DNA of 58,517 bases, counting the filler, from Sphacelaria rigidula (Eukaryota): NCBI GenBank assembly GCA_964200075.2. It is 9 parts of 9 records of this genome, joined end to end, with 100 filler letters (N's around TTAATTAATTAA, not from the genome) between each part and the next. Parts side by side here need not be neighbours in the genome. Positions count along the whole stretch, not along the records: positions 26,053 to 32,465 come from CAXNAA020020221.1; positions 32,566 to 38,978 come from CAXNAA020020222.1; positions 39,079 to 45,491 come from CAXNAA020020223.1; 6 more parts are not named here. One strand, given 5' to 3'. The notes below the pieces were generated by a model. That model did no database searches. It was not told the origin of the DNA and saw only the letters and a list, made by a program, of their open reading frames with translations. Position 1 is the first letter of the stretch. Each line of letters opens with the position of its first letter. Position numbers and translations under genes: made by a program. Below are positions 26,738 to 39,416 of this stretch, piece by piece.

Positions 26738-29034
26738 CCCGACCAAACCATGCTCGATCGAGCGGACGTCGGGGGGCATAGAGAGGATGATTACTGTTGA
26801 TAGCGCCAGCCTGCTTCTACCAGGTGAGGCGAATGATCACCACGGGAGAGTACCAATACAGTACTCAGCGTGAAATAGCAGGCGAACGCCCAGGTTTCTA
26901 CTGACTGACCTTCACGCGACGCTGCCTTTCCTGCTCGGCTGCGTGCTTAGCCCACTCTTGCCACCTTCTTCTCTCAGCAATCTCTGCTGCACTCTCGTCC
27001 AATAAGGGTTCTAGTTCCTCGCCGTAGTGCATCGGCATGCTATTCCACATTGCACTATCATCTGGGACATAAGCCTGAATCTGCCCAGTGGTGATATGAC
27101 CCTACAAGTACAGAGACGGTGGAAAAGCCAAGCGAGTGATGGACGTGAGCGAGTTGGATCTACAGCGCAGAAGGTATCCCGGGACAAGTGGCGCGTATGA
27201 TGCAATCAACATTGGTGACACGACATCGTACCAGGTAGATGGCAGCTACAACAGTCTCCAGAAGCCCACCTCCTCTATCGCATATCTGCAGAAGGTTGGC
27301 TCGGGTACATTGCACCAAAAATGCAACGGTGGACCAGTGGAAGCTCGGAATCCAAGCGAGCATGTCGCAGCATCTCCGTCTTGACGTGCAGTCATCATTT
27401 CCTCGTCTACCATCTCCACGTTCCCGCACACATCGGGCGTCACGCTGAGTCCATCCGAGGCGCCCCAAAAATCACCTGACACGCTACGTGCGGCATCTCT
27501 TCGACAAGTCTGATCTCGGCACGCCTACCAAGCCATACGAGGTCGACGAACAACGTGTTCAAGGAAAGACAACGTTGAGGGGCTACGCCAAAGACGGCAA
27601 GAAAACTATTCTGACGATTTTAGGGTGGAGGGTAGGAGCATGAGAGCGTGCTCGTTTGCGACAAGCATCCTGTGCTATAGAAACGAAGACACCAAGCCGC
27701 TGGAGGTAGTAGGACTACTACTTCTGCAGGGTTGGTATCGTCACGATCCTGGGTCGGCGCTTTCGTTCGGCGCCAATCTGTACCGCGTCTCTCCTACATG
27801 TACCTGATATTGGAGGTGCAAAACAGTGTAAAATAAAGGGAGTTTCGGAGCTAACACCCCTATCCTAATCCCTCCATCGTCTACCGGTGTATCTCAATGT
27901 GAGCACCATAGACGAGCACTTAGTCAGTGGCATAATCTAACCTGACGCACTCACTGTAGCTGGCGAATGCACCGGTGTTGGCACGAGGGGCTTGATCGAA
28001 GCCGCAGTCGAGGCCACCCGTCCCTGCTGGGCGTAAAGCCTTGTGACACTCGACTGCCCAATCCCCATTTCCTTGGACTTTTTCAAGGTCGAAACCTTGA
28101 CCCATCGTGGCTCCTGATACGGAGCGGCACAATTCAAGCGGTAGGATAATTCGCGCACTTGGAGCAAGTGTAGGTAGGAGGTGGTGGGTGCAACGTACAC
28201 ATCCGTTCACGAATGCATCATTTACGTCAACTGGATTACTACTCAATCGTTTATACTGCACATGCACGGAGTGTTGAGGTCGCACGCAGTCCGCGGAGAG
28301 GTAAGAAGACACGGCTGACGGTTCCGTATCGCCGAGTGGCCGCTTCATCTCGACCATCGATCCCTCAACAATCTAGAATTTCTGTCGAATCGCGCAGACG
28401 CGGGGACGCATCTCGACACTAAAAAATCAAACGTAAGCTTACTCAGGAGCAAGTGTACCTTCGGAGAATCTGCCGTTGAGGAGTTAGCATCGGCACCGGT
28501 CTCTCGCGCGGTAGTTGAAGGCTTTCGGAGACGCCTACGCACCCGCGGCTTCGCTCTAGCCTTCTTTTCCTGGAGAGGTTAGTTTGAAAATAAGAGGTAA
28601 CCAAGTCGTGAACTGACGAAACCGCACGCAGTGCGGTGACGTACATCGACTGGTAAAAATGACATGAGTTACCACTAATCCATATGTATCCGCAAAATAA
28701 TGCACTGCAATGTGATGGGTATTGAGAGGGTGCATGTTCTACGATACTTGAGGGCAGTTGCCCGTTACGATTAGCCTTCAACCTTTCGCGCGTGTGCGGG
28801 TGTTAATCAACGCAATTTTCAAGTCCAACCATTGTTTTTACTGCGCTGTGTTTGAACTTTACCGTGCGACAACCAGACAGAAACACCGGTCTTCGTGTTT
28901 TTGCATGCGCGGTACTCTCTCTCACCGCGTACTGATTAGCTTGAAAGCACGATGCTCTAGCTCTCCAACGATTAGATGAACGCAAACAGTACCCTACGGT
29001 GCCGAACATCACGTATCCACAGATCTTTGACCAT
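26738..29034 (-). CDS. Putative multi-exon gene of unknown function with short introns
   Basis: Chain of AG..GT exons: 28993-29034 (MVKDLWIRDVRHRR); ~28459-28569 (EKKARAKPRVRRRLRK...SPK); further candidates at ~28270-28374 and ~27955-28158; ~27270-27524 (...RYAIEE); 26910-27101 (GHITTGQIQ...LDESAAEIAERRRWQEWAKHAAEQERQRRVK); 26738-26816. Middle exons are uncertain and no family is recognised. Confidence 0.5.
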
Positions 29035-29356
29035 CTGCAAGGAGCTACACGAAAACCACGAGGGAAAACACCGCCGACAGATAGTCAACAAGCACGTGCT
29101 GGAAGAAACTGGACTACAGTATCCACGTACCTTTATAGTATTCAACTGTAGAGTATTCGGCCCTGCGTCTGCCATAGCACGCACAATATCTGAAAATCCA
29201 TGTACATGACAGATGAGATGATGATTTGATTATGGCGGTGACGTAGATTCTTCGATTTCTCAGACCCGTTGTCGAAGGTGACATGCATATGAAGCAACGA
29301 CTACTGCACCGCAGGTAAACCGCACGCCACGACACTCGAGGTGCACATCGGGCGCT

Positions 29357-29816
29357 ATGGCGACGCGAGCAGACGTCGTCGTGGGTTCAAGGGTGACTGT
29401 TACGGGGAAAAAAGGCGTGGTAAGATTGTGCTTATGGCCATGTAGCATTTGGTTCTCTCGCTCCGCGCGCCGGCCTTAGTTCAACGAAGTGCTGTGACAG
29501 AAGGTTTGAAGGTGAAGGTTCAGTAACTTGTTCGTCCTGAGTTACCGAGTTACCGTCATCTATAGTTTGTACGCTGGTCCTACCCTGCTATCTGCTGCCA
29601 CTTCATGGTATCTTCTGAGCGCCTGCCTCTACACTTCTGCACTTCGTTCTATCTTGGAATGTGCAGGTGAAATTCGTTGGACAGACCGAGTTCGCAGCAG
29701 GAGAGTGGATCGGGGTGGAGCTTGATGCGGCAGAAGGAAAGAACGATGGAAGCGTCAATGGGGTGGTGTACTTCCAAGGCCGCGAAGCACACGGGCTGTT
29801 CGTCAAAAAGGCTCAG
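29357..29816 (+). CDS. 5' exons of a CAP-Gly domain protein, dynactin p150(Glued)-like (exons 29357-29419, 29667-29816)
   Basis: The spliced product [71 protein letters not shown] contains the CAP-Gly GKNDG motif. Canonical GT/AG sites, phase 0. An N-terminal CAP-Gly resembles DCTN1, but other CAP-Gly proteins cannot be excluded. Confidence 0.9.
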
Positions 29817-30026
29817 GTGTGGGAAACTCTACGAGTCTATCACATGTGAGGGGCTCACAGTATGAAAGGAACAGTAGCTGCTGTGCGTGGCGTTCTTCCA
29901 CGATGAGCAGTGTACACTGTTGTACACTACAATACTGTACTGTTCTGACTGGCACAGGCAGTGGATTGCAGCTGCAATTTAGGTGTTTGGCTGCATTAAC
30001 ATCCCCCCACAAATAACACCTTCTAT

Positions 30027-30083
<57 letters not shown>

Positions 30084-30835
30084 ACCCCCCCTCCTCTCTC
30101 CCCTCCCCCCGCTCTCATTTTTTTTTTTCTTTTTTTTTTCTTNNNNNNNNNNCAATTTAGGTGTTTGGCTGCATTAACACCCCCCCACAAATAACACCTT
30201 CTATCCCCCACCCTCCCTCCCTCCCTCCCTCCCTCCCTCCCTCCCTCCCAACACATGGCATCTACGATGCTATGGTCCTGCAATCGTGCACAGTTTAATT
30301 ATTCCGATTTTGTCTTTCGACAGTCTCGAGATTTTTTTGGAATATGTTTTGGTATGCGTACATGAACGCTAAATTGACATCGGCTGTCATAATTAGACCC
30401 TAGACCGCTAGGGCGGCGCTAGGGCGGATCTTTCGTTGAATGAGTATCATTTCTATTTGAAAAATAAAAGACCCATTGAACACCCGGGCCCCCGTTAGTT
30501 GGATGCTGAAGGACAACCTATCCTGGGCGGGGTTCGGGCTCCGCGCTCATAGGGCAACTACCCTCCGCATACCTCTGCATTGAACTACATTCGCTGCGAG
30601 TGACTGACGGAAACTACCGGTCATTTCTGCGTCACGAACGGCAAAAAAAGGAAAAATACTTCAAAGCAGCTATGATTCGGTGCCGAACAAATCGGGGCAT
30701 CTCTCGATATACGAGGGCGTTACAACGATCCACAGCTTGAAGGAATACCCTGGATACTAGCAAAAGGTGTCATGCATCTATTGTTGCCCGCCCCGACGGC
30801 ATTTGGCGTACATTTTTCCCTGAAGATGAGCCGAA

Positions 30836-30920
30836 TGATTGATTGATTGATTGATTGTCGCACTTTAAGTGACCCCCCAGGGGTTCAGCCGTGGTCTCAT
30901 GATGGACGTACCCAAGAAAA
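30836..30920 (-). repeat. (ATCA)n-tailed dispersed repeat end (also ~184-247, 3770-3870, 5010-5088, 6960-7030, 56281-56314)
   Basis: Shared core gaccacggctg...ggg..tcact..a(g)tgcgacaatcaatcaatca. Confidence 0.75.
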
Positions 30921-31429
30921 ACGAAACTGAAACACGCTCTGGGAAAAAGAAGGAACAGAAAAAAATAGAGGGTCGAACAGAAAGATATAGCAGACTAAGT
31001 CATGACGAAAAAAATACTGTGCGAAATTTCCGCTTGGTTGTGATTGATGTCTTCTTTGTCTTCATATGTTTTTGGCCGTTTGTCTGGGTGGTGGCTGCTG
31101 CTGGGACGCGCATCGTGCTTCGGGACTAAATACTCATTATATAGAGGAGCTAAATGTATCAGTATGTGGGTGATGTGCCGCAAAAACGGATCGCGAAATC
31201 GTGGCGCAAAAATTCAAGAAAATCGTCATCAGTGATATGCGAACAAACTGTCCGACGAAAGCCTATTTTCAAAAAAGTAGAGCGATTCAGCACTGTTTTT
31301 CGCCGGAGTGCAGTAATATAATAGTACGGCGTTTTCCGATTGTGCAACCTCCGGAAGTCTTCTTGCGGTACTTTTCCGAGAGGATTTCAGCGCCATTTCC
31401 GACCTTTTTCGTACGCCCACTCTGACGTT

Positions 31430-32400
31430 TGGCCAGATGAACGATTTGCCAAAGATCCCACGAAGTCCTTGAGAGGTATCTCCCAGAAAATACACACCGA
31501 CGATCTCAGAGAAACACGGTAGTAATATACATATTGAGTTCTTCACCAGGACAACGAAGTTAACCCGCAAAAAGGACCAGGCAATGCTATACCAACGCAT
31601 CAAGTCCTCAGAAATGGAAGGAAGAAGGGATGTGACACAACCTACATCAGGAGCGCGTCTGGCGAGCTGTTGCGGGACAAGCAAGCTATCCTATAGTGGT
31701 GGAGAGAGTGGTTCGAGACGTTTGAGCGCAATCACGCCCACCCTCGACACCTCTGTCATCGATCTCATCAGACAGACACTGGAGCACGCACCGCTCGCGG
31801 CCGAGCCCTCGATGCAGGAAGTCAAGGAAGTAGTGGACAACTTGGCGAACAGCAAGGCCGTTGGGACTGGCAACCTGTGTGTCGAACTTTGAACTCGGCC
31901 TCACCGAGGACTCTGCCATACTAAAGTCCTTTCATAACCTTGTGCTCACAGTGTGGGGTCAGGAAGTAGTACCACAGGAATGGAAAGACGCTGTCATCAA
32001 GGTGTTTTTCAAGAAAAATAACTCGTACAAATATGGCAAGTGCCGCGGCATCTCGCTAGGGTCCCACGCGGGCAATGTGACTATCAAGATAGCTTCGATT
32101 CTCCAGCGCATGCTGCGAGTGGAACGAAATCCTACCACAAGTTTAGTGCGGGTTCCGACCCAGTCCGTCAACAGCCGATATGATATACGTTGTACCCAAA
32201 CTCCAAGAAGTGGCCGCAGAGAAAATTCTCCCGTTGTATGTGTGCTTCATGGACCTCCAGAAGGCCCACGACTCAGTCGACCACTCTCTTCTCTGGAAGA
32301 TGCTAGCAGGATGTGGCGTCCCCACCGGGACGATTTCCATCATCGGCCAGTTCCACGACGGCATGCGAGCGTGCGTACACCTTGACAGCAACAAGGCTTC
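31430..32400 (+). mobile_element. Degenerate RTE-like LINE ORF fragment (linker and RT N-terminus)
   Basis: EPSMQEVKEVVDNLANSKAVG, VPQEWKDAVIKVFFKK, CRGISL, LYVCFMDLQKAHDSVDHSLLWKML...GVP, with frameshifts. Confidence 0.85.
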
Positions 32401-32842
32401 TACGAGCTGGGCCGGCCAAGACGCCAAACGCTCGCCAATATGGCTGTGCCCCGCCCATTTTTTCGNNNNNNNNNNNNNNNNNNNNNNNNNNNNNNNNNNN
32501 NNNNNNNNNTTAATTAATTAANNNNNNNNNNNNNNNNNNNNNNNNNNNNNNNNNNNNNNNNNNNNGGAAGAGTTTGAATGCACAAACGATTAAAAGCCCA
32601 TAACGGACTTTACTTATGGGACAGAGGAAGTGTACAAACAAACCTGCACAAAAAAACGACATGGGTTTTAGCAAGTAAGTGTGAAAGTTCATGAAGTCCG
32701 TACCATCCACACCAAATCGAAACATAGGCCTGAATGAAGCAGTGGGACCATACATGTTGCAGTGTGGCGACAATACAGCCCAGTTATATGTGCGGGTCTG
32801 AGCGACATGAGGTCTGTTTCATTCATGCTTTCCTCTCGACAG

Positions 32843-35563
32843 GTGGGCGGGATAAACTCAGCGGCCTGGCAAGACGCAATAGTGGACCAGATTTGCGAGC
32901 GGATGTTTGTGGCGATGGGGGCCGGCAACGTTCAGGCGGCGTTCGAGTACTTCGATGTGGATGGGGACGGGAACATAGAGTATGAGGAGTTTGTCAACAC
33001 GCTCAAGGGGCTCAACATTGGGCTCAGCGATGAGCAGGTACTTTTGTAGGGTACCAGCACTACGGCACATTCGGGGTCACAGGTGACATGCAGTAGTGCG
33101 TAGATCATATTCGGATGTACACATGCCACCGCGATCCATTGGTCTGCCTTGTGTATGTTCAAGCCGGCTCACGCGGACAGGTTGAGGATCGGAACCTCTC
33201 AAACGATTATGCTCTTGTTCTGAAAAGTACATGATTTCTGTCGTCGGAAGCGCGCGGACGTATGCAGCAAAAAGAACGCCGGCGGAAGTCGGTGTACTAA
33301 TCTGACCCGCTAGAATCCGCGATACTGCACCACCATACGGGCGTCAGAAATTTACCCAAAAAAGAGATAGCTCGATCCCTTTAGGCGTCAGACTACTCGT
33401 CCCGAGTCATGCTACGATAAGGGAGGGGGGTGTTCGATTCCGCAAAACAATGGGCTCGTAACTGCTTCAGACGACGTAACACCCTCGCGGTGCGCCTGTA
33501 CTTGGGCAAAGGCGGTGTCAAGAAGTATCGTTTGAATGGTAGGACATCCGTGAGGCAGTGTGTAGCCCGTGGTTGTTTGTGGAAGTTGTGATATTAGAAA
33601 AAGAAAGCAATTCATTGGAGATTGCCATCCATATGCAAGGTAATAAGCATGCTTCGGGCCGAAGAATCTTAAAAGGATGCAGCTCACCCCTCATACGACT
33701 CATCATCGAACACATCACGTCGCTTCACGCTTGGTGATTGATTGCGAGCCTAGCCCGGAGAAATCCCGCGTGTTCCGCCCCGGCTTTGTAGGGGTGCGAG
33801 GCAAACCGCAATATGATTCGACCTGCAACATCACGAGTACAACCCCCCCCGCGCGCGCGCGCCCTCCCTTGTCGTATTCGTCGGGGAAATATCGAAATAT
33901 TTTTCATTTTTACATAAGGATGCACTCTATCACCCACTTTGTTCAAGGTATGTATTAATGGTCTGATAAAAGCAATAGAAGCAGCAAAACAAGGAGTCAA
34001 GGCGGGTGAAGATGCGGTACCAGGATTGATGTTCGCGGATGATTTCATGGGGATATCAGAAACACCAGAAGGATTGTAAAAGCAAATAGAGAAGGCGCTG
34101 GAATGCACTAGGACATGGAGAGTGACAGCGAACGTTAACCAATGCGCGGTACTTGTATGTAACGAAGATAAGAAAATCCGGTAGAGTCTAAATGGAAGTG
34201 GGGAGAAGAAGAATCGCCGAACGTAGACCAGTATATATACCTCGGCGTAAAGATCTCGAAAATCTGTTCTTGGGATGCACATATAAATAAAGTAATGTAA
34301 ACGAGTAAAGTACGGATACGTAGGATGGGTGCGATCCTCGGAGACTCGTACCTACATACTAGGATCAAGAGATGTAGTTTTGATAAATGTGATCGTACCA
34401 AGGCTGGAATACGCGGGAGAAGTATGGGGAGGGAACGCGACGTTGGTGAAGAAGTTGGAAACAGTACAGATGGCAGCAGCTAAGAACATGCTTGGATGCT
34501 CGAAAACGACGAGTAATACAGCATTGAAAGCAGAGTTGGGAATGTACACACTTGAACCAAACAGAGACAAGATAAAATTGAAATGACAACATAGCGTAAA
34601 GAGCGTGACAAAAAAAGGGATTGCCAGCCATAGTTGATAAGGCTGTATGAAAGAAAATGACGAAAGGGCAGGCTGGAATGAGGTGGCATAGAGTATTCGA
34701 GAAAGTATGGAAGGAGATAGGAGGAAACAAGGATGACATAATGTCCATAGGTGAATGTGGGGGGTACAGGACAAAAGTAAGAGACATGATGGACATAAGG
34801 GCAAAAAAACGCTCTGACGCAAAGTAGGTAAGCCAAAACACCTGAAGATATATGACGGGTTAACAGAGGGGATAGGGATGACAACACATCTGCATGGTCC
34901 AATGGACCTATGCGAAAAAAATTGAAACTGCGATTTTGGATGAGGGAGCTGGATCTGCCAGAAAGAAGAAGGAGGTTTACCAGTCGTCAAAAGGAGGAGG
35001 AAGTAGAGAGACAGAATTACCTCCGTGGCAAAGCAATAGAGAGCAGAGATCATACAGTGGCAGAATATGAATTATACAAACAGGAACGGGACGTTCTAGA
35101 AGGGATAATGCGGGGAGTAAACGAAGGTGGCATGAAATCGTTCAATGCATTAGACAGTAGGGACAAACCTGTGGCTATACTAGGAGATAGATGATGTCCA
35201 CAGAGGGCGAAACAGGACGGGGGTAGGATATGTTCGAGGTTTCGTGTAATGTATGAAAAAATCGTGATGGGCGTCAAAATGTTGGAGGCGTCTATATTAG
35301 GAGTAGGAACGGTGCTCCGTCTCGAAAGGGATGCGTGGTCAATGGTCAAACGACTAAGGCAAGCAACAAATGAGTACCCCCCACCCACCCCTTGTCGTAT
35401 CGTCCGTTGCTTTTCCCATCAAATCTCTGTCCTTTTGATCATTGGAAACAAGATTTTTGAGCTAATGCGTGGACTAGACAAGGATTGCGACAGCACCATC
35501 GATCTGCAGGAGTTCGCTTCCAGATTCGAACCAGTATTTACACGCCTTAACGCCAAACAAGAT
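32843..35563 (+). CDS. Internal exons of an EF-hand calcium-binding protein (32843-33037, 35453-35563; possible further exon 38013-38110)
   Basis: AFEYFDVDGDGNIEYEEFVNTL...LSDEQ|IFELMRGLDKDCDSTIDLQEF forms an EF-hand pair, with phase-0 GT/AG junctions. Confidence 0.88.
33520..33830 (+). repeat. Dispersed repeat, reverse copies at ~38600-38905 and ~46697-46780
   Basis: Shared sequence, e.g. gcaattcattggagattgccatc vs gatggcgtcctccaatgagttgc. Confidence 0.7.
33883..35376 (+). mobile_element. 5'-truncated degenerate LINE (RT C-terminal half plus 3' end) in an EF-hand gene intron
   Basis: RT motifs GCTLSPTLF, GLMFADDF, YIYLG, VPRLEYAGEVW, with stops and frameshifts. TSD cccttgtcgtat(t)cgtc at 33866-33882 and 35389-35404. 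Confidence 0.9.
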
Positions 35564-38500
35564 GTGAGTGTTTTTCTAGAAGGCAAAAATTGAATATGCG
35601 ACCCAACGACAAGAACACGGCGAGATTTTACCGGTTGTAATTTATTGTATCCATGACTGGATCCGTGCTTACCCGCCTTGATCGCTTCTCCTGGGGATGC
35701 GAAAACTCTCAAGACGTCTTCCGGTGTTGGGACAGTTGACGCCACCTTCGGCCCAAAAAGAGCAAAACTTCTGTCGCCAGGTGTCTTGGACACTATGCAT
35801 CACCCCACCGATAGAAGCCTAACCCACTTTTCCGATTCGCTGAGCGCGTAGGTTTCGCAGCTGGTCACTTGCCACAACACCCGCATGAAATATTACGCAA
35901 ATATTGACGTGGAAGTAGAGATATATCACAAAAAGACGCCAAACCTTGTCGTGTCCAGCTTGAGTTGAAAGTGCGAGGTTGGCCTAAACAAAGCTGCGGC
36001 CACCGCAGAACGCATATAGATCAAAATATGTGAGCTACAACAACATAAGCAATGACAGATGATCTATTGTTCCAGATTTTACACCGGCTTTTCCCCACCT
36101 CAACACCAAGCAAAGCCGTAGAACACAGTGAAAAAGAGGAATATCGATGTTTGACCCATGGTCGATAGCGTAGAGGAACGATGCCCGGCCGCACTTAATA
36201 TCTTGTGCTCAAATCCGACCCCGAATATATTCCTGCCTTGACGCCGAAACAAGATTCGACATGGCAATAGTTTCTGCTTCTCGAATAATACAAAGGATGA
36301 TGTTTGACCCGCGGCAGATAGCGCGGAGAGACCTTGCAGACGAAGTTGAAGGGTTCCATGTTTCCCTCTTCTTCACCTTCGAGTCAAGCCGTTGCTAAAA
36401 GTCGCCCCCTAGCGCCGTCGTGTATGTTTGCAGGCCTACCACCAACTCTGGCGTGAGCAGCACACCCCGCGCATATGCATGTACATTACCGTGTTCGCGA
36501 TATGCGTTCTCGTATATTTCAATATGCAGTCTATATCACCAGGTACAAGCTGAAAATAACTACCCATACGTGGTCTGCCAGCGTTGAAAAAAATGACCTC
36601 GTATCGTGATGCGCAACAAACGCATGGACAGCGAGAGTATACCACCGGTCGAGGATACGAGAGCGCAAGTACTCGTAGACATGCATGGAATCCGACACAT
36701 TTCATTCACCGACCAACACGTTGGTACTCAGAGGTTAGCTCGCGCTATAATAAATACTTTTGCGAGCCAGGCGTGGACGTTTTCTGGCACACCCTCATGC
36801 ATATGTATTTTGCGGGATTCAGTGTAGTACAGAGGTATAGCTTCGTATTGTTTGCGTTCAAAAGGTACAGCTTTGGAACGAGAGCGCGTGGGTGGTCGAA
36901 CACCCCGCAAAGAGACTGCCGTTGCTCGGAAATGTTTTCAGGCACATCAACTGGGGATATGGGCTACGCCCTCGGCTGAAATTAGACCGAGAAAAATGTC
37001 AAGTAGTGTCACCTGATGCGACCCATCAATGCGCAGAAGAAACCGTCTGCGCCAATCTCTACCGTACCCTAGTCAGGCCAGATTTGCATAGGTACACCCG
37101 ACATGCTATTTTTTCTTTGAAATTATATCTGTGTGGATTGCTCTTTCCAATTGTTCAATGGCGGGGCGGACTACACCCATACCTCATGTAGTCGGCGCAC
37201 GCGGCTACCCGGACCCCCAGCAAGAGAGGAATCACGGCAAAGGTACAGTCGATTCTTCGCCGACTCTGTTGCACCGTTCAAGCACACAACAACGACCAAG
37301 CCCAACGTTATTTTTCGGAACAACATTTCCGATCCTCTCCTGCCCTCGCTGAGCAATGCTACGGTAGGGGTGCACTTTTTGCGCAAAATATTGTCTGGTT
37401 CAGGGGTTCCTAGCGATTCTGGATGCACAAGAATATGGTTGAAGGCATCCACGTCTGCTAATTCATTCGGGATATCCCCACGATAGTACATTGGAGTCGT
37501 AACCCTGGCGTACTTTCACATATTGCATAATAACTCGTGTTTTGGATGAGATAAAGGGTTCCTAACAACTCTAACTTCAGCAAGTATTTGTGCACCCTAC
37601 AGTAGCATCACTCCGCTGTCAACCCTGTTGGACGAACGGCTCGGGGGGGGGGGGGCGTTTGGGGGGAACATATGCGGCAAATTTGTGTTCGCGCTTCGCG
37701 GTTTGTCATGCAAGGGATGCGACGAGAAAAATGCACGGTTCTCTCGCGCGTCGAACAAGTCATGAAGTCGCCGAGCACCTCTCTCCCGAGGGAGGCCTCA
37801 TCTTCTCGTCGAGAGTCTTTTCTGAGCGGCGACCCTCAGCAGTAGTGGAATCAGGAGCGTGTTGTTGTACCCTTCCTGCCATGATGCAATCATAATTTGC
37901 TGCCACTTTGCCTGCGGATTGGATAAACGTATGCGTTGGATATTCAGTACATACGCGGGTGATTAATCGCTTACTGCCAGCTGAGCGGCATTCAACGGTT
38001 GTTGTTCGACAGGCCGAGATAAGCCGGGTGATCGCTGGTAGAAGGTGCAGCTTGGTGCTGAGCCCTGCTCAGGATCTACAGATGGTGGAACTTATCACGA
38101 AAGTGCTAAAGTGAGCGTACAATGAACTAATTTCGAGAAGCGCGCAGCTCAATATCGCAAAATATGGAGGGGAAGGGGGGGGGGGGGGGGGGGGTGCACG
38201 TTTTGCAAAAAAGCAACGGAAATACGGCGAAAGAGGGTAGTAGCCCAGAAACGAACAAATATGATGAGATGGTGCAGCATTGCATCCGAAAGTACAAGGG
38301 AAGCGCAGCTCTGAACACAGTAGAAGTTGTATGAGAAAAACGCAGTACGGGACCGGAAAATGAGAATAGTGAAACTAACGTCGGAATCAAAAGTGGTAAG
38401 GAAAGCGTATTACACAAGAGAAACGTTCAAGGGCAGTGATGAACAGTGCAAAAAGTAAGTACATGAAGCAGGTGGATCGTCAGCAACTTGTGATGCGCGA

Positions 38501-39416
38501 CTTGCCACATTCCAACCAATAATCATTGATCGTACGTGTGTAGTAATTGATATATCGGTTGGTCGCTGGCAGCTTCATGTTGTTTTGTTTTCTACAGGGT
38601 GTCCTCATGATCTTGCGTGCCGCAGTCATATGGCTGTTTGATCTCACATTCCTACGAAGCCGGGACGGAACACGCCGGGTTTTAGCCGGACTAAACTCGC
38701 AAACAATCACCAAGCATAAAGCGCCGCGATGTGTTCGGCGGGTCGCATGAAGAGTAAGCTGCATCCTGCTAGGGTTGTTTAATCTGAAGCGTACTGATTA
38801 TCTTGCATTTTGATGGCGTCCTCCAATGAGTTGCTTATATTTTCTGGTATCGCCACTTCCAGAGACAGCCACGGCTTATACAATGCCTCACGGGTGTCCC
38901 ATCACTCTGTTTTCCAGCGGGGGGGGGGGGGGTGGAATAATTTGTTGTTTTTTCTTTTATTTTTACTTCTAGTCCCGCNNNNNNNNNNNNNNNNNNNNNN
39001 NNNNNNNNNNNNNNNNNNNNNNTTAATTAATTAANNNNNNNNNNNNNNNNNNNNNNNNNNNNNNNNNNNNNNNNNNNNTTTTTTCCTCTTTTTCTTCTTT
39101 TTCTTCTTTCTTCTCTTTTTTTTTTTCAGTTTTTTCTCCGGTTTATTTTTTTTTTCGTTTCCTCATGTCATCGTTTTTTTCATCCAGTAATCCAGTCGGT
39201 TATTAAGAAATTCAGTCATGTGGTTATTCCGTTTTTCAGTTATTCAGCTGGTCACCTTTGAGTTTTTTATTTGCCAACCCAAACTAGCCATGACTGACGA
39301 AGGTCTTTCACGGCCGGGGCGCGGCGGCTAATTGGTATATTGGTATAAAATAGTTACCTCTAACCCTTAACCCTAACCTGCAATCGTGCCAAATCTCCCC
39401 ATTAATTACACCGCAG

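Noticed and set aside
27920..28357. Tyrosine recombinase (DIRS/Crypton) remnant suggested by SGAT...GDW
   Set aside because: No catalytic H-x-x-R motif. The region is better explained as exons of the minus-strand gene.
29975..30204. ~50-bp direct repeat around poly-C
   Set aside because: It flanks a 10-N scaffold gap and is likely an unmerged contig overlap.
29357..35563. Novel CAP-Gly plus EF-hand fusion gene
   Set aside because: The exons lie on different contigs separated by an artificial spacer (32466-32565).
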